This document shows, piece by piece, positions 12,137-23,280 of a stretch of 64,000 nucleotides of DNA. The stretch is from positions 7,132,001 to 7,196,000 of the forward strand of contig CM075989.1 in the NCBI GenBank assembly GCA_038087875.1. Reading direction: 5' to 3'. This DNA is from Malacoraja senta (Eukaryota). Numbering within the stretch: the first letter of the stretch is position 1; the number at the start of each line of letters is the position of its first letter. Below the pieces are notes generated by a model. The model did not search any database. It saw only the letters and a list, made by a program, of their open reading frames with translations, and was not told the DNA's origin. Made by a program: the position numbers and the translations under genes.

Positions 12137-12282
12137 AATAGACAATAGACAATTGGTGCAGGAGTAGGCCATTCGACCCATCGAGCCAGCACCGCCATTC
12201 AATGTGATCATGGCTGATCATCCCCAATCAGTACCCCGTTCCTGCCTTCTCCCCATATCCCTTGACTCCGCTATCTTTAAGA
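12137..12282 (-). mobile_element. CR1 3' end
   Basis: (CTATTGT)n tail and CR1 3' UTR. Confidence 0.8.
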
Positions 12283-12837
12283 ATCTTGTGAACAGGATAT
12301 ATTGAAATGGAAGGAAGGGTTTTAAAAAATTCACGAAAATGAGACAGACATGATTCCTGACAGAACTGATTGCTCGGAACCTTCTCAACACAGTTGGTCT
12401 GCTTCTCTCACTCGCAATATTTTTTGGTCATTTCTTTTTGACAGTTCCTCAATGATCAAATCCCATAAACCCATTCATCATTCCAGAAATGTTCCTTTAT
12501 TGGTTTGACTTTCATTTTTGTATCGACAACTCAACTGCAGATCATGTTGAAGGATGAGGCAGCGAGAGCCTTGGCTTGCGTGCCACTGATCTGCTTTTCC
12601 CTGTCAGACTCGCTGAATAAATACTTACTGATTTGTTGACTTTGCTTCCCTGGACCTGAAGCTCTGAAATTTCCCCTGCAAACCTCTCCTCTTGACTGCC
12701 TTCTCCCTTATATCCGGCCTCCTTGACACTCCCACCATAATGTCTTGCTGTTATTTATTGCCTTGGGCATCTATACAAAAACAACCTGTTATTGATGCAA
12801 TAGTAAGCTCCCCATTTCCCAAACTGTTGCCGATTTA

Positions 12838-13212
12838 AGCCCCTGTTCCACTTAGGAGACCTAAACAGCAACCTCTGGTGACCTTGCCTGCCTCCCAAGG
12901 TTTCCATGAGGTCACCGGAGGTTTTGGTCACTCTCCCTAATGGTCGAAAGTGGTTTCAGCGTGGTCGAGGCTTCATCTAGGTTGCTGCTATTTTTTCATC
13001 ATGACTAAAAGTAGGTTGCCGTTTTAAAAATCGATAATTTTTTTGTCGCAGGTCTAGTCGAAGCCAGTTTTCTTCATAGTCGAGGAAGGTTTTCAACATA
13101 TGCGTGGGAGGTGGTAGAAGGTTGCAGGTCACCTCGACCGTGATTTTTTATTTGGGCGGCGGGCAAGGTCACCAGACATTGCTGTTTAGGTCTCCTAAGT
13201 GGGACAGGGGCT
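12838..13212. mobile_element. PIF/Harbinger-like MITE (distinct subfamily, long TIRs)
   Basis: AGCCCCTGTTCCACTTAGGAGACCTAAACAGCAA...TTGCTGTTTAGGTCTCCTAAGTGGGACAGGGGCT, TTA TSD. Confidence 0.88.
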
Positions 13213-13279
13213 TTATTTTCCTGTCTGATTGAGCAATCTTACCTTACGCTCCAAATAATGAGAGCTCGTTCAATACCAG

Positions 13280-13485
13280 GGATGAGAATTTTGGCCCTGA
13301 TTTGTTCTGGTCTTTTCTCGCCTCCAGTTTATCCTCCCCCTCACCTCCCATCTCTACTTTCAGCCTGAAGAAGGGCTCCAATCCAAAATGTCGCCTATTC
13401 TTTTTCTCCAGGGGTGCTGCCTGAGCCGCTGAGTTACACCAGCATTTTGTGTCTATAAATCAGTATCCGCAGCTCGTTTCTACAC
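13280..13485 (+). mobile_element. Penelope-like pLTR fragment with degenerate hammerhead motif
   Basis: CTGAAGAAGGGCTCCAATCCAAAATGTC followed by the family body. Confidence 0.6.
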
Positions 13486-13721
13486 TATTGAGTCTCCTGG
13501 CACACTTCATTGCTGGTGTAAGATAAATTTCCATCTGCTTGATTTATTTAGTATTTTAAAAAACAAACAGGGGAGATATTTGCCCAAAGCCCTGGTCCTT
13601 TCTCCCTTTAGCAAGAGTATAATGTGTGGCCATCCATCTCTGTGCAAGATAACTGCATGTTCCAATGGGGGGGGGGGGGGGGTCACAGCAGGCATTAAAC
13701 TGGCAGCCGTGATGATGTAAG

Positions 13722-14016
13722 CGACACAGTCAGTGGCGCAGCTGGTAAGAGGCGCTGCCTCGCAGCACCAGAGTCCTGGGTTCGATTCCGACCTTGGGTG
13801 CTGTCTGTGTGGAGTTTGCACAGTCTCCTTTTCACCTCGTGGGTTTCTACAGGTTTCCTCCCACATCCCCAAGACTTGCGGGTTGTTGGTTAATTGGCCT
13901 CTGTAAATTGCCTCTAGTGTGTAGGGAGTGGATGCAAAAGTGTGAATGGGTGATCGATGGTCTGCATGTGGGTACAAGGGCCTGTTTCCAAACTGTATCC
14001 TTAAAGTCTAAAGTCT
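13722..14016 (+). mobile_element. HE1/V-SINE-like SINE
   Basis: A/B boxes, V-domain, tail. Confidence 0.85.
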
Positions 14017-14112
14017 AGTGGATTTATGCTCATTGTTTATGACTAGTTTTAGTTAATTTCTGAATAGCAGAATAGCAGAATTTAAATTCCATAGCTGTAT
14101 TTGATGGGATTG

Positions 14113-14240
14113 AGTCTGAAGAAGTTTCCCGACCTTAAACTTTATCTATCCTTGTTCTCCAGGGATGCTGCCTGACTACTAAATTACTCCAGCACTTTAT
14201 GGGGGGGTTTTAAACCAGCATCTGCTGTTCCTTGTATCTC
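14113..14240 (+). mobile_element. Penelope-like pLTR fragment
   Basis: GTCTGAAGAAG...GATGCTGCCTGAC...TTACTCCAGCAC. Confidence 0.6.
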
Positions 14241-14640
14241 CAATCTATCTCAAAGATCACAGCACCAAGAGACTCATGGGCCATTCTGAGTAAATGCAGC
14301 AAATTTCCTTACTTATGGCACGTTAGCAAATCACGCACCATTTTATGAAAATCCAATTGTTTCACCTTCAATGGTATTTGATCCACATTCAATTAATTAA
14401 GAGTTCAGTTTCTCAATTGTTGCCAAGGTGGGATTTGAACTCACCTTTCAACCTATGCTCTGGGTCTCCAGATTACTCGTGTGGTAACACAACCCAATCT
14501 GACTGCCCGCCCGCCATCAGGGAATTTCCCTACAGGAAGTGCTGTCCATCCCTACAGAATTTACAGCCAAACAAGGTGGAGGTGAGGCTCTATCCAATAG
14601 TAGGCCCAGAACGACTTCTCCATTAGATCATAGTACATCA

Positions 14641-14962
14641 TGGCATGGTGGCACAGCGGTAGAGCTGCTGCCTTACATTACCAGAGACCCGAGTTTGATC
14701 CTGACTACGGGTGCTGTCTGTATGGAGTTTGCATGTTCTCCCCATGACCACGTTGGCTTTGTCTGAGATCTCCGGTTTCCTCCCACACTCCAAAGATGTA
14801 TTGGTTATAGTACAGGTTATGTACAGGTTAAGATGTATAGGTTAATTGGCTTGGTATAAATATATAAAATTATCCCTAGTATGTGTAGGGTAGTGTTAAT
14901 GTAATGTGTGGGGATCGCTGGTCGGTACAGACTCGGTTTCTGCCCTGTTTCTCCAAACTAAG
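14641..14962 (+). mobile_element. HE1/V-SINE-like SINE
   Basis: tRNA head, V-domain, tail. Confidence 0.85.
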
Positions 14963-16014
14963 GTAAACCAAGTAGTCTTATGAACCTGTGAACAAAGCAA
15001 GCTCGATTCAGCTCTCAATAGAATTTTGTTTATTAAAAAAATGCTTATTAATTTTGAAAGACTGGAATAAACATGGGAAAGGTACAATGTCTTCTGCATT
15101 CTTACCAAATGCAACCGGCAGTTTGTGACTTGCCCGTTAAGAAGCAGGTTATTGGTTGTGGGGACGGTCATTGTGATAGTTGTTCACTGCTATCAATATT
15201 TTAGATCAATTCTCTTCACCGGCAGAAAGCTCCACATCGAACATAAAGGAAAAAGTCACCGTTTACCTGGGTGTGTGATCTGCTCGCACAGTGACAGCGC
15301 TTCTCCTCGGTAGCCAGCGATGTGGAATAGTGAAGCTGACACCGAAGCTTAATGAGACAGGCAAGGATTTCCCACTGGTGGTGAGAGGGGACCATCTGCT
15401 GTTTGCTCAGCACCCGCCCACAGTGCCGTGATTCATCCTTACACTCAGTGCCAGTTAATCCATCCTCAGCCCTGCCGCACGGTGCTGCAGAGAGCACGCA
15501 CTTCCATTTGATTGCCCTTTTTTTGTTTAAAAAAAGAGCTGCATTATTCGCCGAAACCCTCCCATGTAGCCTGCAAATCTCTGCTCTGAAGACCAAATTC
15601 AACCAGCCCTGCTCGCAAAGAAGCAGTTTGTCGTTTGTGAGGCTATTGAGATTTTATTTCTTGTTGGCTGCTGTTCTCCCACTGTTCATCCCAAGAGTCA
15701 GCAGTGCCCCTGATGTTTTTAAACATGTCAAAATGAAAGGGAAAGCTTTGCACTGCGATTTATCCTGAGCGTTGCATGCGCCAAGGTGGATTGCTGACAG
15801 TGCACTGCTCAAAGCTAGGTCAGTAAAACACAGCTGCAAGGCTCCTCAAACAGGGAGGCTGATTAATCAGTTGTTGCCAGGGTAAATCTACACCGGGGCA
15901 CAGGGGAGCTGCAAGGTGATTGTTTGTGTCTCAGTGGAAGATTGTACATGGCATACCATTTCCAACCTTCACTCTTCACAAGCTTACGAGCACTCAAAAC
16001 AAGGATATTTTCCG

Positions 16015-16320
16015 AGTGTGGAAACCAGTCCTTCGGCCCACCGAGTCGACGCAGACCAATGATTGTCCGTCCACACTAATTCTCTCAACACCACTTTTTC
16101 AACCACTCCCTACACATTTGGGGCAATTTTCAGAGGGCCAATTGACCTACAAACCCACACGTCCTTCTGATGTGGGAGGAAACCGAAGCACCTGTAGAAA
16201 ACCCCACGCGGCCACATGGAGAACGTGTAAAACTCCACCCAGACAGCAGCCGTGGTCAGGATCGAATCTGCGTCACTGGACGATGTGAGGGCAGCACTCC
16301 CACAAGCTGCACACTGTGCC
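16015..16320 (-). mobile_element. HE1/V-SINE-like SINE
   Basis: Reverse-strand V-domain and B box. Confidence 0.8.
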
Positions 16321-16458
16321 AATTCAATGTGCGTTTGGGCATATTGTGGCTGAATGTGCATTGAATCCCATTCACAGATTTGCGCCAGTGTTTGCTGACT
16401 TCCATTGGATCATGATCCATCTGACAGAATCCAATAAACATTATAAAGTTTGAAGAAC

Positions 16459-16640
16459 GACACAAAATGCTGGAGTAACTCAGCGGGCCAGGCAGCATCT
16501 CTGGAAAAAAGGCATGGGTGATTTTTCAGGTTGAAACTCTTCTTCAGACTCTATTCCTTTTCTCAGAGATGATGCCTGCCCCGCTGAGTTACTCCAGTGC
16601 CTATCTTCGATATAAACCAGCCTCCGCAGTTCTTTCCTAC
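16459..16640. mobile_element. Penelope-like inverted pair
   Basis: GACACAAAATGCTGGAGTAACTCAGCGGG...CCCGCTGAGTTACTCCAG. Confidence 0.7.
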
Positions 16641-16977
16641 ATATTTTGTTCCAGAGAACTGTTCGTTATCCGAACAGTTTAACAGGCTGCTGTTGGCCTG
16701 CTCATGAAACAGCAGGTTGTTGTTTTTGAGGTTTATGAGATTTTTGTTCACTGTTTCTCCGCGATGTACCTGACATCTTTAAGCACTGCACATCGAAGAG
16801 AAAAATATAAATTGGCACTGCATTTTACCCAGTCAGAAATGTGGCCACGGACCAAATTCCCACACAGCAGAAGATGCCCGCAGGGGTGGATGATCCCATG
16901 GGACTGGATGGGATGGAGACGCATTTTAAGTCTTGTTTTGCTGTCCTTACTAATAAAGCTGTTATTAACTAATTTTA

Positions 16978-17188
16978 GGTAGACAAAAATGCTGGAGAAA
17001 CTCAGCGGGTGAGGCAGCATCTATGGAGCGAAGGAAATAGCCAACGTTTCGGGTTGAAACCCGTCTTCAGACTCCGACCCGAAACGTTGCCTATTTCCTT
17101 CGCTCCATACATGCTGCCTCACCCGCTGAGTTTCTCCAGCACTTATGTCTACCTTCGATTTTCCAGCATCTGCAGTTCGTTCTTCAAC
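16978..17188. mobile_element. young Penelope-like inverted pair with perfect 14-bp TSD
   Basis: ATTAACTAATTTTA at 16964-16977 and 17189-17202; the ~75-bp arms are nearly perfectly complementary. Confidence 0.85.
17043..17070 (-). ncRNA. minimal type I hammerhead ribozyme motif
   Basis: Minus strand reads CTGAAGA-C-GGGT-TTCA-ACCC-GAAA-CG-TT: both core boxes, a 4-bp stem II and a palindromic minimal stem III. Confidence 0.6.
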
Positions 17189-17411
17189 ATTAACTAATTT
17201 TATCCAAGCATATCTCAAGCGAATAATGATATGTTTACAAAAGATTTTACTGCAGTTGAGATTTTAAATGCTATTTATGGTTTTAAAAAGGACACCACCG
17301 GCTCGGACATGAGTCTCCAGCTAGGATTCACAACATGGATGTATATGTGTTGACTAGAAGATATATTTTTCCTGGGTTCAATGTGGCAAAATTCTAGCTA
17401 GCCTTAAGAAC

Positions 17412-17575
17412 AAAGCACGAAATGCTGGAGGAAATCAGTGGGTCAGACAGCATTTGTGGAGGGAATGGACAGGCGACATTTCGGGTCGAGACCCTTCTTC
17501 AAACTGATTGCAGTGGGGGAGAAAGCTGGAAAAGAGAGATGGTGACGGGACAAGAGCCTGGCAAGTGTTAGATGA
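17412..17575 (-). mobile_element. Penelope-like pLTR fragment with hammerhead variant
   Basis: Minus strand TTGAAGAAGGGTCTCGACCCGAAATGTC. Confidence 0.65.
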
Positions 17576-17697
17576 ATAGGAAAGGTTTACAGGGACGTGG
17601 GCCAAACGCGGGCATGTGGGACTAGTGTCGATGGAGCATCTTGGTCGGTATGGGCAAGTTGGGCCGAAGGGCCTGTTTCCGTGCTGCATGACTCTGT
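17576..17697 (+). mobile_element. CR1 3' end
   Basis: GGGCCGAAGGGCCTGTTTCCGTGCTGCATGACTCT terminus. Confidence 0.75.
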
Positions 17698-18171
17698 GGC
17701 ATTCACCAACAGTGCCACGGCACACCTTGTGGCAGGAGGAATGAACTCCGGCAGGAAACGTGGGCGAAACACCCAAAGAGCAGGGGAAAGCAACACCTCA
17801 TGGACCAAGTAGGCAGCAATGAATGACTGCAGGAAGAGTGGCTCAGTGGTACCTCCATCAACAGAGCAACGTACAAGCTGCTGGAGGAACTCAGCAGATC
17901 AGGTCGCACCTGTGAATGGGAATGGATGGTCCATGTTTCCAGTTGAGATCCTTCATCTGGATTAAAAGATTAGACGGGAGATGGCCAGCATAAAGAGGGA
18001 GGGGAGGGTGGCGCAAGTGCTGGCAAGCGATATGTGTCTCCAAGTGAGATGGGATTGAGGTTATGACCACATAGAGGCCTTCTCTACATTGTCATAGTCT
18101 GGGTAACTACCTTGCCAAATACTTGACTCCATCTTCCAATTAATTCACTCCAGTACCCTTCATCCCGACCT

Positions 18172-18420
18172 GTTGCTGTCCGTGTGAGTTTGCATGTTCT
18201 CCCTTGCGGGTTCCAATTACTCCCACATCCCAAAGACGTGCAGGTTGATAGGTTAATTGGCAACTGTAAATTGACCACAGTGTGTAGATGAGTGTAGAAT
18301 TTGGGCGAAATTATAGGAATGTGAAGAGAATAAAATGGGATTCATGTAGGGCCAGTATAAATGGATGCCTGATGTTTGCCGTGACTTTGAGGGCCGAAAG
18401 AGTGTTTCCACACTGTATGT
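18172..18420 (+). mobile_element. partial HE1-like SINE
   Basis: V-domain and 3' part without a tRNA head. Confidence 0.7.
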
Positions 18421-18454
18421 ATGTATGTATCCATGAGCCTATGAAAATCAAGAC

Positions 18455-19299
18455 TGTGCGTGTGCGTGTGCTGTGTATGTGTGTATGTGTGTGCGTATGT
18501 GTGAGAAAAGAGGAACAGATAGAGAAATGGAAAGGCAAGGGAGAAGAGAGGGAGGGAGGGGACGAGGAGAGGGAGAGGGGAGGGGAGGGGGGGAGAGGAG
18601 GGCAGAGAGGGGCAGAGAGAGAGGGGGAGGGGATGGGGAGGGCGAGGGGAGAGGGTGCGGGGAGGCGAGGGGGGGGAGAGGGGGGGGAGGGAGAGGGGAA
18701 TGGAGAGGGGAGAGGGGAGAGGGGAGAGGGAGGGGGGGGAGGGGGGAGGGGGAGGGGAGGGAGCGGGGAGAGGGGAGAGGGGGAGAGGGGGAGGGGGAGG
18801 GGGAGGGGGGAGGGAGAGGGGAGGGGGAGGGAGGGGAGGGGAGGGAGAGGGAGGGGAGGGGAGGGGGAGGGGGAGGGAGGGGAGGGAGGGAGGGGGGAGG
18901 GGGAGGGGGAGGGGGGGAGGAGGGGAGGGGGAGGGGAGGGGGAGGGGAGGGGGAGGGGAGGGGGAGGGAGGGGGAGGGGGAGGGGAGGGGGGAGGGCGGA
19001 GGGGAGGGGAGGGGGAGGGGGAGGGAGGGGGAGGGGGGGAGGGGAGGGAGAGGGGAGAGGGGGAGAGGGGGAGAGGGGGGAGAGGGGAGGGGAGAGGGGC
19101 GGGGAGGGGAGGGAGAGGGAGAGGGAGAGGGAGAGGGGTGCAGGGAGGGAGGGGGAGGGAGAGGAGGGAGGAGAGGGAGGCAGGGAGGGGGGAGGGAGGG
19201 TGAGGGGGGAGGGGAGGGGGCGGGGAGAGAGAGAGGGAGAGGGGAGGGCAAGAACGAGGGAGAGGGAGAGGGCGAGGGCGAGGGGAGGGGGGGAGGGAA
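18455..19299. repeat. (TG)n followed by ~770-bp G/A-rich polypurine low-complexity tract
   Basis: Almost exclusively GGGGA/GAGGG units from about 18530 to 19299. Confidence 0.95.
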
Positions 19300-19752
19300 A
19301 GTGAGAGATATCCTCTTGTGGTTTTGATCATTTCTGGAACTATAGTATTTTCAACACCGTTGTCAAATTGAGATCCAGCTTTATCTTGAGAATCTTTCAG
19401 AAATATTGAGGTCAAAAGAATTGTCTGTTTACACTTGGCATTTCTTCGCAGTATGGATTATTTTGGATGATCCATTGGAGAGCAGGTCTGGGAAATTTAG
19501 GTAACCTTTGAGGTATTCATTTCTCCACCTAAATGTATCCTCGAGGGATGCGTAACTCAAGTGAGCTGTCTTCTCACCTGAAATCTTATTGAAATGATTC
19601 AAATCATGCACCCAGAATCAATTTCAAAGTAGCATTGGGAATTGTTTCAAACGACTGACAGAGCTGGAGTAATGTTTGATTTGGCCAACACTTTCAGATC
19701 AAAGAGGAACTGCATCGTCTAATATTTATGATGACAGGGGTTTACCTTAAAA

Positions 19753-20356
19753 GGGCGGCACGGTGGCGCAGCGGTAGAGTTCGATTGCGCCTACGGGGGC
19801 GGTCTGTACGCATTTTTTACCTTCTCCCCGTGAGTTTTCTCTGAGCTTTATTTTCCTCCCACACTCCAGAGACGCATGGGTTTGTAGGCTAATTGACTTA
19901 AAGGGCTCTCCCACTGTACGAGCTAATTCAAGAGTTCTACCGAGTTTCCCCTGATTTGAACTTGGAGAAGTACGGTAATAGCCGCTCGTAGGTACTCGGG
20001 GCTCTCGTGGAAATTTTTTCAACATGTTGAAAAATCTTCACGAGTCTTCACGAGCTTACCGCGTTTCCCGAGTATCTGCCGTTAGCGTTACGAGCCGCTA
20101 AGAGGCGTCCCGAGCTCCGACGTAACCACTACGTACATTCTACGTGCTTACCACGAGTTTGATTTGTTTTTAAACTCGAGAGAGAGCTCTTGAATTGGCT
20201 CGTTCAGTGGGACAGCCCCTTAGGTATAAATGTAAAAATTGTCCCTAGTGTGTGTAGGATAGTGTTGATGTGTATGGATCGCTGGTCGACGCGGACTCGG
20301 TGGGCCGAAGGGCCTGTTTCTGCACTGTATCTCTAAACTAAACTAAAAAAACTAAA
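19753..20356 (+). mobile_element. HE1-like SINE interrupted by a MITE
   Basis: GGGCGGCACGGTGGCGCAGCGGTAGAG head and (CTAAA)n tail. Confidence 0.85.
19901..20220. mobile_element. PIF/Harbinger-like MITE, subfamily A
   Basis: TIRs and homology to the copies at 53983, 57641 and 61769; left TTA, right flank degenerate. Confidence 0.85.
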
Positions 20357-20562
20357 TTTCCCAGCCATGGAGGTGAGAGCTGGTCAGTGACCAGTAGATA
20401 TCAGGAGATGGACCACGAAGGCTGAGGCTGCCATTGTGGAAAGGTGTGATCAGATCCTTGCCTCTGAAGATCATCAGCAGATTAACCCCGTGAGACGATT
20501 ATGAATAATCATTGGCAAATGGTCAGCATGGACCTTGTGGGCCGAAGGTCCCACTTGTTTTA

Positions 20563-20843
20563 ATTTAGTTTAGAGATACAGCGCGGAAACAGGCCCGCCG
20601 AGTCCACGCCAACCAGCGATCCCCGCACATTAACACTATCCCACACACACGAGGGACAATTTACAATTAGCCGACAAACCTGTATGTCCTTGGAGTGTGG
20701 GAGGAAACTGGAGCACCCGGGGGAAACCCACGCAGGTCACGTGGAGAACATACAAAATTCGTACAGACAGCACCCGTAGTCAGGATTGAACCCGGGTCTC
20801 TAGTGATGTAAGGCAGCAACTCTACCGCTGCAGCAACATGCCC
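20563..20843 (-). mobile_element. HE1-like SINE
   Basis: V-domain, B box, tail. Confidence 0.88.
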
Positions 20844-21192
20844 TGTACAATTCTGGATTATATGTGGGGAAATAAATATTCTCTGTTCATTCCCTCCTCA
20901 GATGCTGCCTCCCTTCATTAAAGAATGCCTTAAACTGATAGACAGTAATTGCTGCAAAACCAAAGAAACCCAGATATCATACATTAGCGGCTTTACTTAC
21001 AGTATCTAGTGCATCTTTCTATGCATTTCTGATTAGATGTTGCGAGACCCACTGAGTTCATACAGCACTGTTTTTTCCTCAAAATTCCAGCATCTGCAGT
21101 CTCTTGTGTCTCCAGGAGTCTACGAGGTTTCGGTCATAGCACAAATGGGAGGAGAGAAAAGAAAGGTTACTTTTATCTCTCAACACTGTGTA

Positions 21193-21677
21193 CAGTAAAT
21201 CCTCATTTCAACGGACCCCTTGATAACAGATTTTGGATACAGCGGACAGACCTGTCAATGTGACCCCCAGCTTGCACCGTCTCCCTGGCCGTTTGAAGCC
21301 CAGGTTTCCGACGCCACTCCCGACTCGCAAGGTGCACCAGCGAGCCCTTCGTCAGCCACACATATTCCCATTGAGCGGATGTTTTGCAGCTCACATCGTA
21401 GCCCCTGGGCACAGGGCTTTCTTTGGGCCGCTGCCACCAACAGGAAGTGCTCGGTCACCATGGGGCTCCCTCCCCTCTCACCAGCTGCCACTTCTTCCTG
21501 TCAGTCCGTCGCTTTGTCCGCTCCCCGCTCGACCACCGCCACCTTCTCCTTCACCCATCGCTCTGTCCTCGCGGACTCTTCTCCCCCCTCGCCCCCCCAC
21601 CCCCACAAACAGACAATCGCCAATAATGGACACCATTCCCCCCCACACTGTTATACTGTTATAACGAGGGTTTACTG
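21193..21677. mobile_element. Tigger/pogo-like non-autonomous DNA transposon
   Basis: Imperfect 20-bp TIR CAGTAAATCCTCATTTCAAC / GTTATAACGAGGGTTTACTG; TA on the left flank, GA on the right. Confidence 0.6.
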
Positions 21678-22321
21678 GAATGGCACTTTACCACAGAATA
21701 AGGAATTCTGTTTTAGTCAGCCATCAAAAAGTCCTGGTCAGGACTCCTATACACTGACTGTAATTCAATTACTGGCTCATTGCGAAGGAAGACTGGTCTC
21801 ACAAGACCCATTGTGCAGCGGTAGGAGGATGAGCATACAGCTGCCTGGTTGCTCGACAAAAATAATTGAGTCACAGCAGATACTGAGAAAGGACGGTGTC
21901 CATTATTAATCAGATCAAGGGGAGGAAGCAGTTTTAGAAGCCTGGTAGAGCAAAGAAGGAAATGATTTTAAAAAATGCATAGAAAGACTCGCCTTAATCG
22001 GGGAGATAAATGAAGCAGTCAATGTGTGAAGTCTGTGGTTTTCTTTAGTCCTGTTGCAATTACTGTCTCTCAGTTTAAAGTGGGCATCTGGGCATTCTTT
22101 AATGAAGGGAGGCAATCTCAAACTCAACTGGTCTGTTTGGACTAGAAGGCCTTCGACAGGAATGGATATCGCACACATACATGATGGACGTGCTCTCCAC
22201 AATGGGCTTTGGGCAGGGAATTAAAAATTCAATATGTGTTGCGCAGTGCTAATTGCATAGACTAGCACTTGAAAAATATTAAGAACTTCTTTAGTACATT
22301 TTTTAATGAGGTTTATAAGTT

Positions 22322-22570
22322 ATAGAAACAGAATTACCCCATTCGTCCCATCAAGTCTACTCCGTGGCTCAATCGTGGCTGATCTCTTTTCCTTTCATCC
22401 CCATTCTCCTGGCTTCCCATAGCCCCTGAAACCTGTACTAATGAAAAATCTATCAATATCGGCCTTGAAACCATTGACGGCCTCCACAGCCGTCTGTGGT
22501 AATGAAAGAAATTCCTTCTCATCTCTCCTCATCTTCTTTCTAAAGGTATGTCCTTTCATTCTGAGACTAT
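22322..22570 (-). mobile_element. CR1 3' fragment
   Basis: Homologous to 4770-5043. Confidence 0.75.
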
Positions 22571-22604
22571 AAATAAGGTTTATTTTTGAAAAAAAATAAA
22601 AAAT

Positions 22605-23280
22605 ACAGGTACATAGTTCCCTGAATCACAGGGAGATAGTGTGGTCAAGAAGGCTTTTGGTACAGTTGCTTGATCAGTCAGGGTGTTGAGCATAGAAGCT
22701 TGAATGTAATGTTGTGGTTGTACAACACATTGGTGAGGCCACATTTGGAGTATTGTGTCGGTTGTGGTCACCCTGCTATAGAAAGGATGTCATTAATCTT
22801 AAAAGAGTGCAGAGAAGATTTATGAGGATATTGCTAGAATTTGAGGGCCTGAGCTACAGGGAGTGTTTGGGCAAGCTAGGACTTTATTCATTGGAACACT
22901 GGAGGCTAAGGGATGATCTTATAGATGTGCATAAAATTATGAAGGGAATTGTTAAGGTGAATGCCCAGAATCTTTTACCCAGGGTTGGAGAATCAAAAAC
23001 AAGAGGGCGTAAGATTCAGGTGAGAGGAACAAGATTAAATAGAAACCTGATGGGTAAATTTTTCACTCAGAGGGCAGGGGATATATGGAATGAGTTGACA
23101 GAGGAGGTAGTTGAGGCACATATTATAACAACATTTAATAGACACTTGGACAAGTACCTGGACAGAAAAGGTTTAGAGGCAAACACAGGCAAATGGGACT
23201 AGCTTAGATGGAAGATCTTGGTTAGCATGGACAAGTTGGGCCAAAGGGTTTGTATCTGTGCTGTGTGACTCTTTGACTCT
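22605..23280 (+). mobile_element. CR1 LINE 3' fragment, RT C-terminus
   Basis: WSPCYRKDVINLKRVQRRF...LGLYSLE...DLIDVHKIMKG...WNEL. Confidence 0.9.

Noticed and set aside
18288..19415. Long G/E/R-rich and P/S/L-rich ORFs (182-357 aa)
   Set aside because: They are translations of the polypurine tract, which cannot contain stop codons; open in multiple frames.
21220..21909. 229-aa ORF as a host gene
   Set aside because: Non-ATG start, mostly within a TIR element, no recognisable domain.
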